The notes: generated by a model from the sequence alone, not told the origin. A DNA stretch of 64,000 nt from a bacterium (GCA_963662285.2 CAXXMV010000003.1:320001-384000); one strand, 5' to 3'. Counted from the first letter of the stretch, positions 10,152-20,818 are shown. Numbers and translations are program-made.

Positions 10152-11306
10152 ATGAACAGGAACACAAATAAACTCTTGACCTTTTGGGGGTTCATGAATA
10201 TGAGTCGACTACATACGCTACTTTTGGCTCTTGGCATCATCTCAGCCTTTATGGTGGGACCGTCTCCTGCTGAAGCCCAAAACGATTTCCATGCGTTGTA
10301 TAACCGCTATCGCTTCCACCATGTGGGGTATTCACCCCGCTCGGCGGCGATGGGCGGGGCCTATAGCGCTCTGCAAGACAACGAAAACGGACTGGTTGGA
10401 AACCCGGCCAGCCTTGGTTTCAAGACAGCTCCGTTCATCGTTGGTGGTTATGATTGGGAAAACGTCTCAAGTGACTTAACCCTTCTCAATCCTAACGCGC
10501 CGGTCGAAGGCGAAGCCGATTTGATGACAGTCAACGTCGGTGGAGCTTATCCATTCGAATGGGGCGCTGTTGGTCTCCAATATGCGTACCGTTGGGATGA
10601 ACTAGATTCCGATGACGCTCCTTCCGCCGTTGGTTTTATGAACCAGGACGGCGAACTGGATCGCTCTTATATCGGACTTGGCGTTGGTTACAAGATGATG
10701 GAAGATATTGCGCTTGGTTATCGTTTCGGATACTTTGATTGGGATCTGGAACGGGATATCAACGTAGTTCGTCCAGCGCCTTTCCAACTAGCTCAGATCG
10801 ATGAAGATTTCTCAGGACATCGTCACCAGTTCGGCGTTCAGTATTTAGCGCATGAACAATTGGTGTTGGGTCTTGATGGATACTTCGCATTAGGCGACCG
10901 TGATTCGGGTACGCTTGGTGATGCGGATGCAGATTCTTACGCCGTTCGCGGTGGTCTGGCATGGCAGGTAACTCCTGATCTTCCATTGACCGTTGCAATG
11001 GATTTGAATTATGAAATCCGTGATCTGGATGGCGCCGGTAATGACGCTGAAGAAGATCTCTTCGGAATTCACCTGGGCGTTGAGTATGAGGTTTATGAAA
11101 ATCTCTTCCTGCGCGGTGGATATCAATTCGAAGATATCGATTATGAAGACGTTCCTGCTAACATTGATGAATCGCTATCAATCAGCGGTTTCAGTTTAGG
11201 ACTCGGTTACGAGTACGAAAACATTACCTTTGATTATGCATTCCAATTCATTGATACCGGCAGCGGCGACTTGGCTCATTACTTTGGCATCGGCTATCAG
11301 TTCTAA
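10152..11306 (+). CDS. Outer-membrane beta-barrel, PorV/FadL-like (true start may be 10194 or 10200)
   Basis: Signal peptide ending AEA; SPRSAAMGGAYSAL...NPASL N-terminal motif; alternating amphipathic strands; C-terminal GIGYQF beta-signal. Confidence 0.8.
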   Translation: MNRNTNKLLTFWGFMNMSRLHTLLLALGIISAFMVGPSPAEAQNDFHALYNRYRFHHVGYSPRSAAMGGAYSALQDNENGLVGNPASLGFKTAPFIVGGYDWENVSSDLTLLNPNAPVEGEADLMTVNVGGAYPFEWGAVGLQYAYRWDELDSDDAPSAVGFMNQDGELDRSYIGLGVGYKMMEDIALGYRFGYFDWDLERDINVVRPAPFQLAQIDEDFSGHRHQFGVQYLAHEQLVLGLDGYFALGDRDSGTLGDADADSYAVRGGLAWQVTPDLPLTVAMDLNYEIRDLDGAGNDAEEDLFGIHLGVEYEVYENLFLRGGYQFEDIDYEDVPANIDESLSISGFSLGLGYEYENITFDYAFQFIDTGSGDLAHYFGIGYQF

Positions 11307-11347
11307 TTGCTGAATGACAAAGTAACTGAGTAGTAAAAGTGATTATC

Positions 11348-11384
11348 AATAGAGGGTCGGATTTTTTCGACCCTCTATTTTTTT
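11348..11384 (+). terminator. Rho-independent terminator of the cohesin/barrel operon
   Basis: aatagagggtcg-loop-cgaccctctatt followed by a T-run. Confidence 0.85.
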
Positions 11385-11461
11385 GTTGCGCCCAGCAACG
11401 CTTCTACGAACAGTATGATATGAATAATTCTAAATGTACAAAATGATGGAGAATTACAATA

Positions 11462-13138
11462 ATGTGGATTTTACTAAACTGTTGTTTGCTATTTCTTATT
11501 GTGGGGTTCTTTTCACCTGCGACATTGGCCAAAGATGTCTACCTACGGGATTTCGGCGCCTTGCCTGATGACAATGAAAGGGATGACCAATCCATTAACC
11601 GTGCGGTAGAAACTTGCCAACCCGGCGACCGTTTGATCTTTGAAAAAGGGACTTACGATTTATGGCGTTCGATTAAAATCAGCGGTAAAGAGAACCTGGA
11701 TGTTGATGGAAACGGCGCTGTTTTAATGCTGCGCGGCTTTGACCGGAACAAAGGCGGGCCGACATTCAGCGCTATACAATTGACTTCATCCAAGCTCGTG
11801 ACCATCCACGGTTTCACCGTTGATATGGATGTCTCCCCTAACTCTGCTGGAGAAATAATCCAAGTTCGAGAAAAATCTTTCGATGTTAAAGTATTTGATG
11901 AGTTTCCTTTGACTGATGACTTGTTCGTCGATCATATCATGACCTTTCATCCCGATGGGCGACCCAATGGAAAAAATCTTGATCTCTATGGGAATTTCAC
12001 TTTAACTAAGACTGCTGATCATATTTTACGTATTGACTTAAAAGCAAAAAAGAATGTGAAACAGGGAGAACTGCTCTGCTTCTATCACAAAGTATACGGC
12101 GGCAGCGCTATCTATTTCGGCGATTCCTCCGATTGCACATTACGGGATGTAACGATTAATGCATTCGCAGGCATGGGATTCGTCGCCTCAGACCGCTCAA
12201 TAAACGTCACCCTGGAGAGGTATCGGGTTGAGCGCCCCAAGAATAGTAAAAGGTTAACTTCCACCAACGCAGATGGATCGAAATTTATTTTCACTGGTGG
12301 ACTCCTCACAGTTAAGGATTGCCAATATGAAGGCATGGGAGATGACGCCATAAATGTTCATAGCTCGTTTGGACAAATTACTGAAATAGATAAAGAACAG
12401 GCATTGCTTGAAATAATACGTCCTCACCGGGATGGACCGCATCAAATTTCTAAAAGATATGTATTGCCGGGCGATAAGATAGAAATCTATGACGGGATAA
12501 CTCTGCTTGCAAAGGGCATAGCTACAGTTTTAAAGAGAGATGATAACAAAATTACACTTGATGCCTTACCGGAAGATGTTGCCGTCAACGACTTGTTCAA
12601 TAATTTGACCATGAGTCCACGAGTACGTATTTCAGATGTATCGGTGCGGCGTAACCGGGCGCGTGGTTTTCTGTTGCAAACCCAGGATGTGATTGTCGAA
12701 AACTGCAAAATTTCCGATCCGACAGGCGTTGGCATATTTGTGACCACCGATATCAACTATTGGTATGAATCAGGTCCGGGAAAAGATATAATTATCCGCA
12801 ATAACATTATCGAAAACGCCAACAACCATCTTATCAGGGAGGGCGCCATAAATGTGAAATGCGGGCATGACTCCGGCGGCGTCGACAATCCTGCGGGAGT
12901 TCACCGCAATATAAAGATTACCGGAAATACTATTATTAATACATCTGGTTCAGGAATATTCGTAAGTGCAACAGATGGTATTGAGATCACTGGTAATGTT
13001 ATCAAGCAGTGCAGTACGTCGCCTAAACAGGATAGCGGTAAATACGCTGTCTTCTTGAAAAACTGCAAAAATACCAATGTAACCGATAATACCCTTTCGA
13101 ATGGAGAATTACTATTTGGAAGCATGGATTGTCAATAG
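11462..13138 (+). CDS. Secreted right-handed beta-helix protein, GH110 alpha-galactosidase-like
   Basis: Signal peptide; DFGALPDD, TNADG, GDDAINVH, NRARGFL and WYESG motifs. Confidence 0.75.
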   Translation: MWILLNCCLLFLIVGFFSPATLAKDVYLRDFGALPDDNERDDQSINRAVETCQPGDRLIFEKGTYDLWRSIKISGKENLDVDGNGAVLMLRGFDRNKGGPTFSAIQLTSSKLVTIHGFTVDMDVSPNSAGEIIQVREKSFDVKVFDEFPLTDDLFVDHIMTFHPDGRPNGKNLDLYGNFTLTKTADHILRIDLKAKKNVKQGELLCFYHKVYGGSAIYFGDSSDCTLRDVTINAFAGMGFVASDRSINVTLERYRVERPKNSKRLTSTNADGSKFIFTGGLLTVKDCQYEGMGDDAINVHSSFGQITEIDKEQALLEIIRPHRDGPHQISKRYVLPGDKIEIYDGITLLAKGIATVLKRDDNKITLDALPEDVAVNDLFNNLTMSPRVRISDVSVRRNRARGFLLQTQDVIVENCKISDPTGVGIFVTTDINYWYESGPGKDIIIRNNIIENANNHLIREGAINVKCGHDSGGVDNPAGVHRNIKITGNTIINTSGSGIFVSATDGIEITGNVIKQCSTSPKQDSGKYAVFLKNCKNTNVTDNTLSNGELLFGSMDCQ

Positions 13139-13166
13139 CAGGCAAACGTTAGTATAGAATAACGAA

Positions 13167-13206
13167 TGTGGGCGCCTACGCTAATTAATCGGCGAGGGCG
13201 CCCACA
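13167..13206. repeat. Inverted repeat between convergent genes (REP-like or terminator)
   Basis: tgtgggcgcc...ggcgcccaca arms. Confidence 0.5.
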
Positions 13207-13224
13207 AGAATATCACACTATACA

Positions 13225-15123
13225 TTATGGTTCCAGCGTTAAATATCCATCGCGGCGTTTGACCTTTAATAGTTTATCTACGCGGGCGTCTAGTGGATCG
13301 ATGCCCTTCATGCCCAGGTTTTTTCGGATTTCCCGACGCAGCCACCAGTATCCGGAGTTCCAGGAATAAAGGTGGTGTCCGTGGGGTTTTCCGTTTACAG
13401 TGCTGATTGATTCATGAAAGGCCGGAATCCAGGCCAGTTCTTTCTCAAGCCGCCACAGCAGTTTGTCATCCACCCATTGAGGGTCCATGCCATGAATCAA
13501 GCCGTCCAGGTAATTGGCTGCGTCATTGAGGAACCATGAGCCGCCATAGACGTAGACTCCGCTATGTCCATCCAGCAGGTCGCCATTGGCTTTGGATATC
13601 ACCCTCATTCCATAAGGCGACTGAATGCGCATGGTGGTTTCGAGGTGACGCCGCACCATGTCATCCGGCAGCAGTTTCTTGCCGAACACGGCATAGGTCA
13701 GAACTTCTCCGTAGAGGCTGTCCTGTCCGATATTTTCCTGTTGCTTCAAACTGGTGGCGAAGTAGCCGCCTTTTTCATTGAACATCCTGCGGTAGCCAGC
13801 GATAGCCTTATCTATATCCTCATCAGTTACATCGAAACCCAGTTCGCGGGCCGCCATCAGGGCGCCGCAGTGAAATCCCTGGTTCGATGAGGGTGCGTCG
13901 TCGTCATCATAGGGCAACTGGTCGTGGTAGGTCTTAAAACAAGCCAGTTCCGGTTTTAGACGCGGTGGAATATACAGACCGTCTTTCTCATGCTTGCGGA
14001 TGAAATTATAGGCGCGGGCCACGGTTCGATAATCAGGCGTACCGCCAGCCTGTTTTACAATGTATGACCAGATCAGGAAATACTGCGCGTTGTCCTCATA
14101 ATTTATCCTCTCAAAAAATGTCGCCATATTGGCTTCGGCGTCGTATTTGGGATCATCCAGACCACGCGACATCCAGAATCCGTCGCTGACCCATTGCTTC
14201 CAGCCATAACCAACGCCTGAGATGAAGATGTAATCGCTCTCGGGACGCATGTAGTTGCGCCGTAGCAGTAAGTAGGACGTATTGCGCAGAATGGCTTCAA
14301 CAGAGCCGCTGTTCCAGCCCTTGCCATTGGCCAGAGCCAGGGTGGCAGCTACTTGAACATCGTATAGAGAACTAACCGGCGATGAGAATACCCAGGTAGT
14401 GAATGATTGCTCTTCGCCTGATTCAATATGCTGCCAACCGTCAAACGTAGTGCGGTAGATATTAGTGGCATCTACTTCAAAGGGGATCATGCGAACCTGT
14501 TTGGCCGATCCATCACCATTAGCTATTGAAATCTGATGCTTCTCGCAATCAAATTTCAGAAAACTCCGGTTTTCCCACAATCCAGGACTGTCCCCGATAA
14601 AACCATAAAACTGATCTCCGTCGCGAACGCCAACCATGGGGAAGGTTTGCCCTGAGTTATCAGAAAACCCGGGTCCAGTGCAACCGGGGCTGTATTTGGT
14701 TGATTCCGTTTCCTTCTTAATATAAGAGTAATATTCTCCATTGGGCGAGGTTTTCCATGCCATATCAAGATAATAGCGCCCATCGGCGAGCGCTATTACT
14801 GATATTGTTCGTTCCCAAAGAGAAGGAGTAATACGCTTCCATGTTTCGGATAATTCAAAGCCAGGCGCAACGCCGCCTGTGAAATTGAAGGCGTCGGGTT
14901 GTTTATCGATTTGGGAATAGCGTACCGGGGTTTTGCCCTGTGGTTGAACAATGGACAAAGCGGCATTGGCTTCTGTGGGATTAAATACTGTATTTCCATC
15001 ATCAACAATCTCGATAGATGTTACATCATTATTAGTGACAGATCTGACATCCAAATTAGCGGCTTTCAAATCAACGGCGCATGTTACCAGCATCAATCCT
15101 GCTATTGCAATCCATTTAAGCAT
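13225..15123 (-). CDS. Secreted protein, possible six-hairpin glycosidase-like enzyme
   Basis: Signal peptide; QWVSDGFW and SPYGMR...YVYGGSW resemble (alpha/alpha)6 glycosidase motifs; family not assignable. Confidence 0.5.
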   Translation of the reverse strand: MLKWIAIAGLMLVTCAVDLKAANLDVRSVTNNDVTSIEIVDDGNTVFNPTEANAALSIVQPQGKTPVRYSQIDKQPDAFNFTGGVAPGFELSETWKRITPSLWERTISVIALADGRYYLDMAWKTSPNGEYYSYIKKETESTKYSPGCTGPGFSDNSGQTFPMVGVRDGDQFYGFIGDSPGLWENRSFLKFDCEKHQISIANGDGSAKQVRMIPFEVDATNIYRTTFDGWQHIESGEEQSFTTWVFSSPVSSLYDVQVAATLALANGKGWNSGSVEAILRNTSYLLLRRNYMRPESDYIFISGVGYGWKQWVSDGFWMSRGLDDPKYDAEANMATFFERINYEDNAQYFLIWSYIVKQAGGTPDYRTVARAYNFIRKHEKDGLYIPPRLKPELACFKTYHDQLPYDDDDAPSSNQGFHCGALMAARELGFDVTDEDIDKAIAGYRRMFNEKGGYFATSLKQQENIGQDSLYGEVLTYAVFGKKLLPDDMVRRHLETTMRIQSPYGMRVISKANGDLLDGHSGVYVYGGSWFLNDAANYLDGLIHGMDPQWVDDKLLWRLEKELAWIPAFHESISTVNGKPHGHHLYSWNSGYWWLRREIRKNLGMKGIDPLDARVDKLLKVKRRDGYLTLEP

Positions 15124-15188
15124 TGGTTTTTCCCTTTGGTTATTGTGATTAAATTAACCTTATTATGTGTAATTGGTTATTGGAATAT

Positions 15189-15393
15189 CCCCCTCACCCT
15201 AGCTCTCCCGGCTGGAGAGGGGTTTGCGCAGACGACCATGAGAGGCACGTCCTACGCGTAGGCTTGTTTAATCGCAGGTGGTTTTCAAGGGAAGAAAATA
15301 CACTTCCCTTGGCACCCATGCGCAACCTACTTAGGTGTATTGTATATCCCCCTTACCTTAGCTGTATGGGCGCCGATGAGAGGCGCACCCTAC
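15189..15393. repeat. Cluster of REP-like elements
   Basis: One ccctcaccctagctctccc..ggagagggg copy (15189-15222) plus three CCTAC-terminated (GTAG-family) palindromic units ending at 15255, 15330 and 15393. Confidence 0.6.
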
Positions 15394-15396
15394 ATA

Positions 15397-16653
15397 TCAA
15401 GCAAACTGTGGAACCCATCGGGGGTGATCGGCGCCTTTATCATCTATACCTTTGGTTAGCATACGGGCGTTACGTCCATTGGAGTCGCATACCCAAATGG
15501 CGGGAGATTCACCTGTTTTGGCACGGCAAAAGACTATTTGCTTGCCGTCGGACGACTCGCTCTGTCTGAAATCCCACACTGGAGGGTTGGAATGGGTGAT
15601 TTTGGTTATCGATCCATCGCGGGGATTGATGCGGCATATTTCCGTTCCCCCACGCGCCAGTTCCGGTTTGTAATCCCGGTTAAAATGGTCTTGATCGGGG
15701 CGATTGGTTTGGAATTCCCACGGAACCTTGGAACCGGGCAAGCGGTGGGAGCATAGAATCTCACCGTCACTAGTCCAGACCGGGACATTAGAGCCGCCGC
15801 TACGGTTACCGGGATATCCATAGGTCGCCCCAAACCACAGTGATTGATTTTTGGTCAATAAGCGATTTTCTGAGCCATCCGGGCGGCAGAGATATAAATC
15901 CGACCAGTCGTGTCCCGGATCATTACGGAATTGGCAATCCTGAAAGGCCAGCCATTGACCATCAGGAGACCATTCCGGACAGAAATACAGGTGGTCGGAA
16001 TGTCCAGCGACAAAGGTTCGGTCGCCTCCTTCAATGTTACTAGTCCAGATTTGATAGCCTTTGGGGCTTGCCAGATGATAGGCCACATGTTTGCCATCCG
16101 GGCTGAGGTTCATTCCATAAGGCATTCCTTCACCTGCTTTGGTGAACTCCTTTGCGTCGGATCCGTCCAGATTCATGCTGAATGTCTGGGCTACCTTATT
16201 GCGAACTACCTGCACCAGGAGACGCTCATCTTTAATAAGTACTTGAGGCGAATAAAAAGGCGCCAGGTTATGCTTGTTGGCGATTTCGGTTAATGATCCG
16301 CTGTCCAGGTCATGAATCCAGATATGGGTGGGCGTCTTATGGTAGTACTCGTCGAAAGGCTTTCCGGGGCCGTCCAGCCGTTTTTCCATACTCAAGAACA
16401 TCACCCGGCGTCCATCGGAAAAGAAAGCCGAGGGCTGCCATGTTACCTGCTTGGGAACATCAAACTCGAAATAACGCAAGCCGCCGCCATCGGCGTTCAT
16501 CATCGCCGTCTTGCCCTGGGTTGTGAAAAAGAACCGGCCTGGATGCTTTTTACTGGAGCGGTTTTTGGTTAAAGAACCAGTTGAGGCGCATGCAGCCATT
16601 GATGATAGAGCTGTGGTGGTTATGAATTGGCGGCGGTTGATAATTGTACTCAT
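15397..16653 (-). CDS. Tat-exported TolB-like (PD40) beta-propeller protein, possible lipoprotein
   Basis: NRRQFI twin-arginine motif; MAAC; repeated SPDG/WSPDG blades. Confidence 0.8.
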   Translation of the reverse strand: MSTIINRRQFITTTALSSMAACASTGSLTKNRSSKKHPGRFFFTTQGKTAMMNADGGGLRYFEFDVPKQVTWQPSAFFSDGRRVMFLSMEKRLDGPGKPFDEYYHKTPTHIWIHDLDSGSLTEIANKHNLAPFYSPQVLIKDERLLVQVVRNKVAQTFSMNLDGSDAKEFTKAGEGMPYGMNLSPDGKHVAYHLASPKGYQIWTSNIEGGDRTFVAGHSDHLYFCPEWSPDGQWLAFQDCQFRNDPGHDWSDLYLCRPDGSENRLLTKNQSLWFGATYGYPGNRSGGSNVPVWTSDGEILCSHRLPGSKVPWEFQTNRPDQDHFNRDYKPELARGGTEICRINPRDGSITKITHSNPPVWDFRQSESSDGKQIVFCRAKTGESPAIWVCDSNGRNARMLTKGIDDKGADHPRWVPQFA

Positions 16654-16826
16654 TAATTTTCTCCCATATCATTGAATTTCAACAACTAATAATACTCTAA
16701 CATATCGGAGTCTAGGTTTTTAGTTCGATATTGCATATTCCCGCATAAAGAATGAGGGTGATGGTAGGCTAAATTAAAATCGTAATGGTCAGTCTTTGAG
16801 CGATTAATATAAATCCAACTTAGCAT

Positions 16827-16870
16827 AAAAAAAAAAGTGGCGGGAATCAAAACGAAACCCGCCACTTTTT
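16827..16870 (-). terminator. Rho-independent terminator (bidirectional shape)
   Basis: A-run, gtggcggg-loop-cccgccac, T-run. Confidence 0.85.
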
Positions 16871-16891
16871 AAAAACATGTCTAATAGAATG

Positions 16892-18034
16892 CTATTTGAT
16901 AGACCAATCATCAACAGCAGTTTGTAATGTGTTTATTACAAAAATGCTGTCGCTGGCATTGTGGGAACTGAAAAAGGCATAGGCCTGATCGTCAGTCACT
17001 TCAAAAGCGCGGCAGTGGCTGCTGAATGCATCGGTTCCAGTTATATCATTGAGGTCGCTATTGGTGATAAACGCTACGGGAACGCTATTGTTTTCAACTT
17101 GCAATCCATCTGATGAAAGTTTATATATTTTTAAACCAGCGATATTACCTAAAATATACAGATACGGTTCGCCAGAGGCTACGCCTGCGATTTTTACGCT
17201 TACTGCATCTGCATCTTCCGCTTCACCAGGCTCAAAGACCAAACTTACCAGTAATGTTTCTACGCCTGTTTCTGGATCAAGTACGTAAGCCGAAGAAGTC
17301 TTGGTCAATGTATCTCCTTCGCAGTAATAGATCAGGTCTTTGCCATCGATATATTTGACCTCGAAATTACGCAACCGGGCGAGTGAGGTAAAGAATGTTC
17401 CGCCATCCTGCCAATCCGTATCCAGTATAAAAGGCATTCCATCTTCGGCTAACGAAGCTGTAACTTTATAGCGGTGAATCTTCATGCGGTTTTCGCCGCC
17501 GGAATAATGATTGGTGTACAGATAGGTTCCATCATGATTGAAATTCAAGGTGTCACAGGCTGGGAGTACATCAGCTTCGAGCCAGCTGTCTGATTCGTTG
17601 CCAATATTGTAATCATCGGGATATCCGGTGAATGTGACTTCTTCTTGACCACCATTGCCGATGACCAGACGGGTTCCAAATTGCGAACTTCCCTTGGGTA
17701 ATCCATACATGTGATTGGTAGCCCAACGGTGCGCAACCTGATCTGCGTTATCGGCGTCTCGCAACTCTTGAACTACATATTGCGAGAAAAATGCATTAGC
17801 GTTGGAGTCTGATGTGTATAAATAAGTCTGGTCAGATGTTGAATCCGTTGTACTGGGTCCGCCGAAACTCCAGTAATGAGGTGAAGGACCATGGGTTTCC
17901 TCATCCATTACTTCCACATATTTCAGGTTTGGAGCATTCCACCAATATGACTTAGCTGCTCCATAGTTACAAATAAATCCAAGAAATAAAACACCCCATA
18001 AGCTGCGAAGAAAAATTGATTTGTTTAATGCCAT
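16892..18034 (-). CDS. Secreted beta-rich hypothetical protein with C-terminal TAVDDWSIK tail
   Basis: GGAG RBS, signal peptide, acidic beta-strand-rich sequence; no recognised family. Confidence 0.7.
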   Translation of the reverse strand: MALNKSIFLRSLWGVLFLGFICNYGAAKSYWWNAPNLKYVEVMDEETHGPSPHYWSFGGPSTTDSTSDQTYLYTSDSNANAFFSQYVVQELRDADNADQVAHRWATNHMYGLPKGSSQFGTRLVIGNGGQEEVTFTGYPDDYNIGNESDSWLEADVLPACDTLNFNHDGTYLYTNHYSGGENRMKIHRYKVTASLAEDGMPFILDTDWQDGGTFFTSLARLRNFEVKYIDGKDLIYYCEGDTLTKTSSAYVLDPETGVETLLVSLVFEPGEAEDADAVSVKIAGVASGEPYLYILGNIAGLKIYKLSSDGLQVENNSVPVAFITNSDLNDITGTDAFSSHCRAFEVTDDQAYAFFSSHNASDSIFVINTLQTAVDDWSIK

Positions 18035-18135
18035 TATCTTACTCCTGTTAATGATGTATTTGAATCATACGACAATATTATAATAAGATAACAAGTATTT
18101 TGTTACTAGGATTAGAAGGTCATAATCAGTATTAA

Positions 18136-19521
18136 TTAGTTCTTAATAGCTGTTGCAGCCTTCAATCTATTTACAATCGAAAAAGCGATAAAATTACTCG
18201 CCACACCCACGACCAGCCCATCAATTCCGGTGGAGGCGGAGAATAGTTTGTTCCATAGAATCATTCCAGTTATACCCGCCAGGGTTCCAGTTATAAAACC
18301 AAGTTTTGAAGTCCTGAAGCCAAGCAGCACAGCGGCCAGAGGGATCAATATGATAGGCGCCCAGAAGTTGTATGCATAAAGCAAAATATCAAGTACGCTC
18401 TCGATTGACACTGCGAAAATTATCGCTGATATTCCAACTAACATATTGGTTAGTTTGGCAAGGTTCAGTTCGGCTCTATCTGATAGTGGCTTGCGGCGCA
18501 ATGGTTTTACGATATCGTTGATTAATCCGGAAGACGCTCCATTCAAGAATGAGTCAGCCGAAGACATTACTATAGAGATCACACCTGCTATTACGATACC
18601 GCGTAATCCGATGGGAAGCGCATTTTGGATTAAATAGGGCATAGATAAATTTGGATCGAGTTCAGGATTTAAGGTCAGCGCCACGAGTCCGATCAGGCCG
18701 GTAATGGCGAAAAACGGGATGGAGAAGAGTCCGCTCAGCAGAGTCCCACGGGCGGTTTCGCGCGAATTTTTACCTATAAAGAGCCTTTGTACATATGGCG
18801 GCACTAATGTTTCACCTAAAACAAATGTCAGGAAGAGCGAGATAAGAGCGATCCAGGTCATGCTGTCGCCGGGAATCGATAAATGACCAGCGGGCGCTGA
18901 TTGAATAATCGCTTCGATTCCACCGGCCTGGCTGATTCCAAAGAATAAAGTTAGCGGGATGCCGATTCCCAGCACAAGAAATTGGATAACATCGGTCAAG
19001 ACAACAGCACGCATACCTCCAATGGTCGAGTAGGTAATAACGATGCCGCATCCAATCAGAATGCCCCAGATTTCGCTGATATTTAGAAAAACGTTGAAGA
19101 TTTTCCCCATTGCGCCGACTTGAGCGCCAACGATGCCAGCACAGAGGAAAACTGAAAATATTCCGGTTACGATCTTTCCAAATTTCCCATAGGCCGGTTC
19201 CATTATGTCTCCGGTAGAAATGAAACCGGGGAAATTCTTGGTTCTGGGAGCGATATATTTGGCGACCAGAATTTCCTTCAAACTGAATCCCCAAAGGGCG
19301 ACGATATTGACGATGCCAAAGCGGAAGACTTTTTCAGCATTGCCGATGGAGAAGCCTCCTCCAATAAACGAAGCCGAGAGCGTAGCGAATATTATCCATG
19401 AAGAATAGGATTGATGGGATACGGAGAAATCGCGTAAATTTTTTAAGCCTTTTCCACTATATATTCCAACACTGAGAATGAGAAGTAAATAAACGGCGAC
19501 GATGCCATGATCAATTTGCAT
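18136..19521 (-). CDS. Sodium:solute symporter family protein
   Basis: About 13 TM segments; YSTIGGMRAVVLTDVIQF, YVQRLF and MSSADSFL motifs. Confidence 0.93.
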   Translation of the reverse strand: MQIDHGIVAVYLLLILSVGIYSGKGLKNLRDFSVSHQSYSSWIIFATLSASFIGGGFSIGNAEKVFRFGIVNIVALWGFSLKEILVAKYIAPRTKNFPGFISTGDIMEPAYGKFGKIVTGIFSVFLCAGIVGAQVGAMGKIFNVFLNISEIWGILIGCGIVITYSTIGGMRAVVLTDVIQFLVLGIGIPLTLFFGISQAGGIEAIIQSAPAGHLSIPGDSMTWIALISLFLTFVLGETLVPPYVQRLFIGKNSRETARGTLLSGLFSIPFFAITGLIGLVALTLNPELDPNLSMPYLIQNALPIGLRGIVIAGVISIVMSSADSFLNGASSGLINDIVKPLRRKPLSDRAELNLAKLTNMLVGISAIIFAVSIESVLDILLYAYNFWAPIILIPLAAVLLGFRTSKLGFITGTLAGITGMILWNKLFSASTGIDGLVVGVASNFIAFSIVNRLKAATAIKN

Positions 19522-20066
19522 AGGTAATATTTCCTTTGGTTAAAGTCTTAAAAGTGTAACTGGAGGTGAATCAAGATCAAGTGTTGTCTTGGTTTGATGA
19601 GATTGTATAAAGTCTGATTGGGGATTTCGGGGGATTTGATATGTCGTGAATTATTATTTTTAATAAATTGATGAAGTTATAGATAAATTAAAATCTAAGC
19701 ATAATAATAAATTATTTTTTATTAAAAAATGTCAAATATTTTAATAAAAGTTTATTTTTAAAATAAATTCATATTATAAAAAAAATCTAATCTATTAAGG
19801 TCTAATATTATAAATTAATGGTTAAAAATGATATTATTTTTGGTAAAATACTTTATAGTCTGATCTATTTTTGTTTCAACTGAAAACGAGTTGTCAATAT
19901 TTAGGAATCAAGATATATTTAGACAAATATAGTTATCGTTAATTAAAATTAAATAAATATCTAAATTTACGTCAAGAACTAAATAATAAGTAGTTCTATA
20001 CATTCATGAGAGGAAATATTTAGTATGATGAAAAACAATAAAATATAGTTGTGGAGGTATTTTATT

Positions 20067-20789
20067 ATGGAGAAGACTGATTCCGTCTTTCACTCTCAAT
20101 CGGATTACAAACTCATCGTGGATATTATTACAAAAATTGTTAACTCACGTCTAAGAGATAATCCAGAACTGGCAAAAGATATTATCTCTGAAAGTTCCTT
20201 ACGAGCATGGTTATCTATTAGTTCTAATCCGAACATAAAAGATCCATTGGCGTATGCAGCAAGAATTACCTTCAACACAATGAGTTCAATGCTGTCGATA
20301 AACACAAAGATCAGAGACGCACATTGCTCATTTGATAATGATAACAATGAAGAATCTTATCAAACCTTCCATAAGATGTTCATCCCGCACGATAATCCAT
20401 TAACTTATTTAGAAACAAGAGAATACATAGCGGGTTTGGCGAGAATCATTGGCATAACTCATTCTTTTGTACATAATCAATGCACTCCTGAAGAAACACT
20501 GATTTATCAGGAAATAATCCGTAGAAAAACAAACATAACTGTATTAGCCGAAATAATGGATTTATCAGAAGATGCATTAAACCAGCGTGTATTCAGGTTT
20601 ATGAGAAAAATTTCCGATCATGTCGAAAATGAAGTTAGAAATAATTCTCATTTATATGAATTACTCACAAGGATATTAAAGAATGAGGCAATACCTTTTT
20701 ACAGATTTGTCACTCTTCTTCTTAGAGTGGTAAAAGAAAATGGTTTAGAGACAATAGGTTTTGCCTTAAAGTCTCTAATAGGAGGATAA
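20067..20789 (+). CDS. Divergent ECF-type sigma-70 factor with C-terminal extension
   Basis: GGAGG RBS; region 2-like LAKDIISESSLRAW..YAARITFN; region 4-like LAEIMDLSEDALNQRVFRFMRKI. Confidence 0.6.
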   Translation: MEKTDSVFHSQSDYKLIVDIITKIVNSRLRDNPELAKDIISESSLRAWLSISSNPNIKDPLAYAARITFNTMSSMLSINTKIRDAHCSFDNDNNEESYQTFHKMFIPHDNPLTYLETREYIAGLARIIGITHSFVHNQCTPEETLIYQEIIRRKTNITVLAEIMDLSEDALNQRVFRFMRKISDHVENEVRNNSHLYELLTRILKNEAIPFYRFVTLLLRVVKENGLETIGFALKSLIGG

Positions 20790-20818
20790 TTCGTATTAAT
20801 AATTATTGTTGTAAACGC

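Noticed and set aside
13141-13165. GGCAAAC-started hairpin (also at 62151) as a c-di-GMP-I riboswitch
   Set aside because: Lacks the GAAA tetraloop and the GCAAAGC second stem
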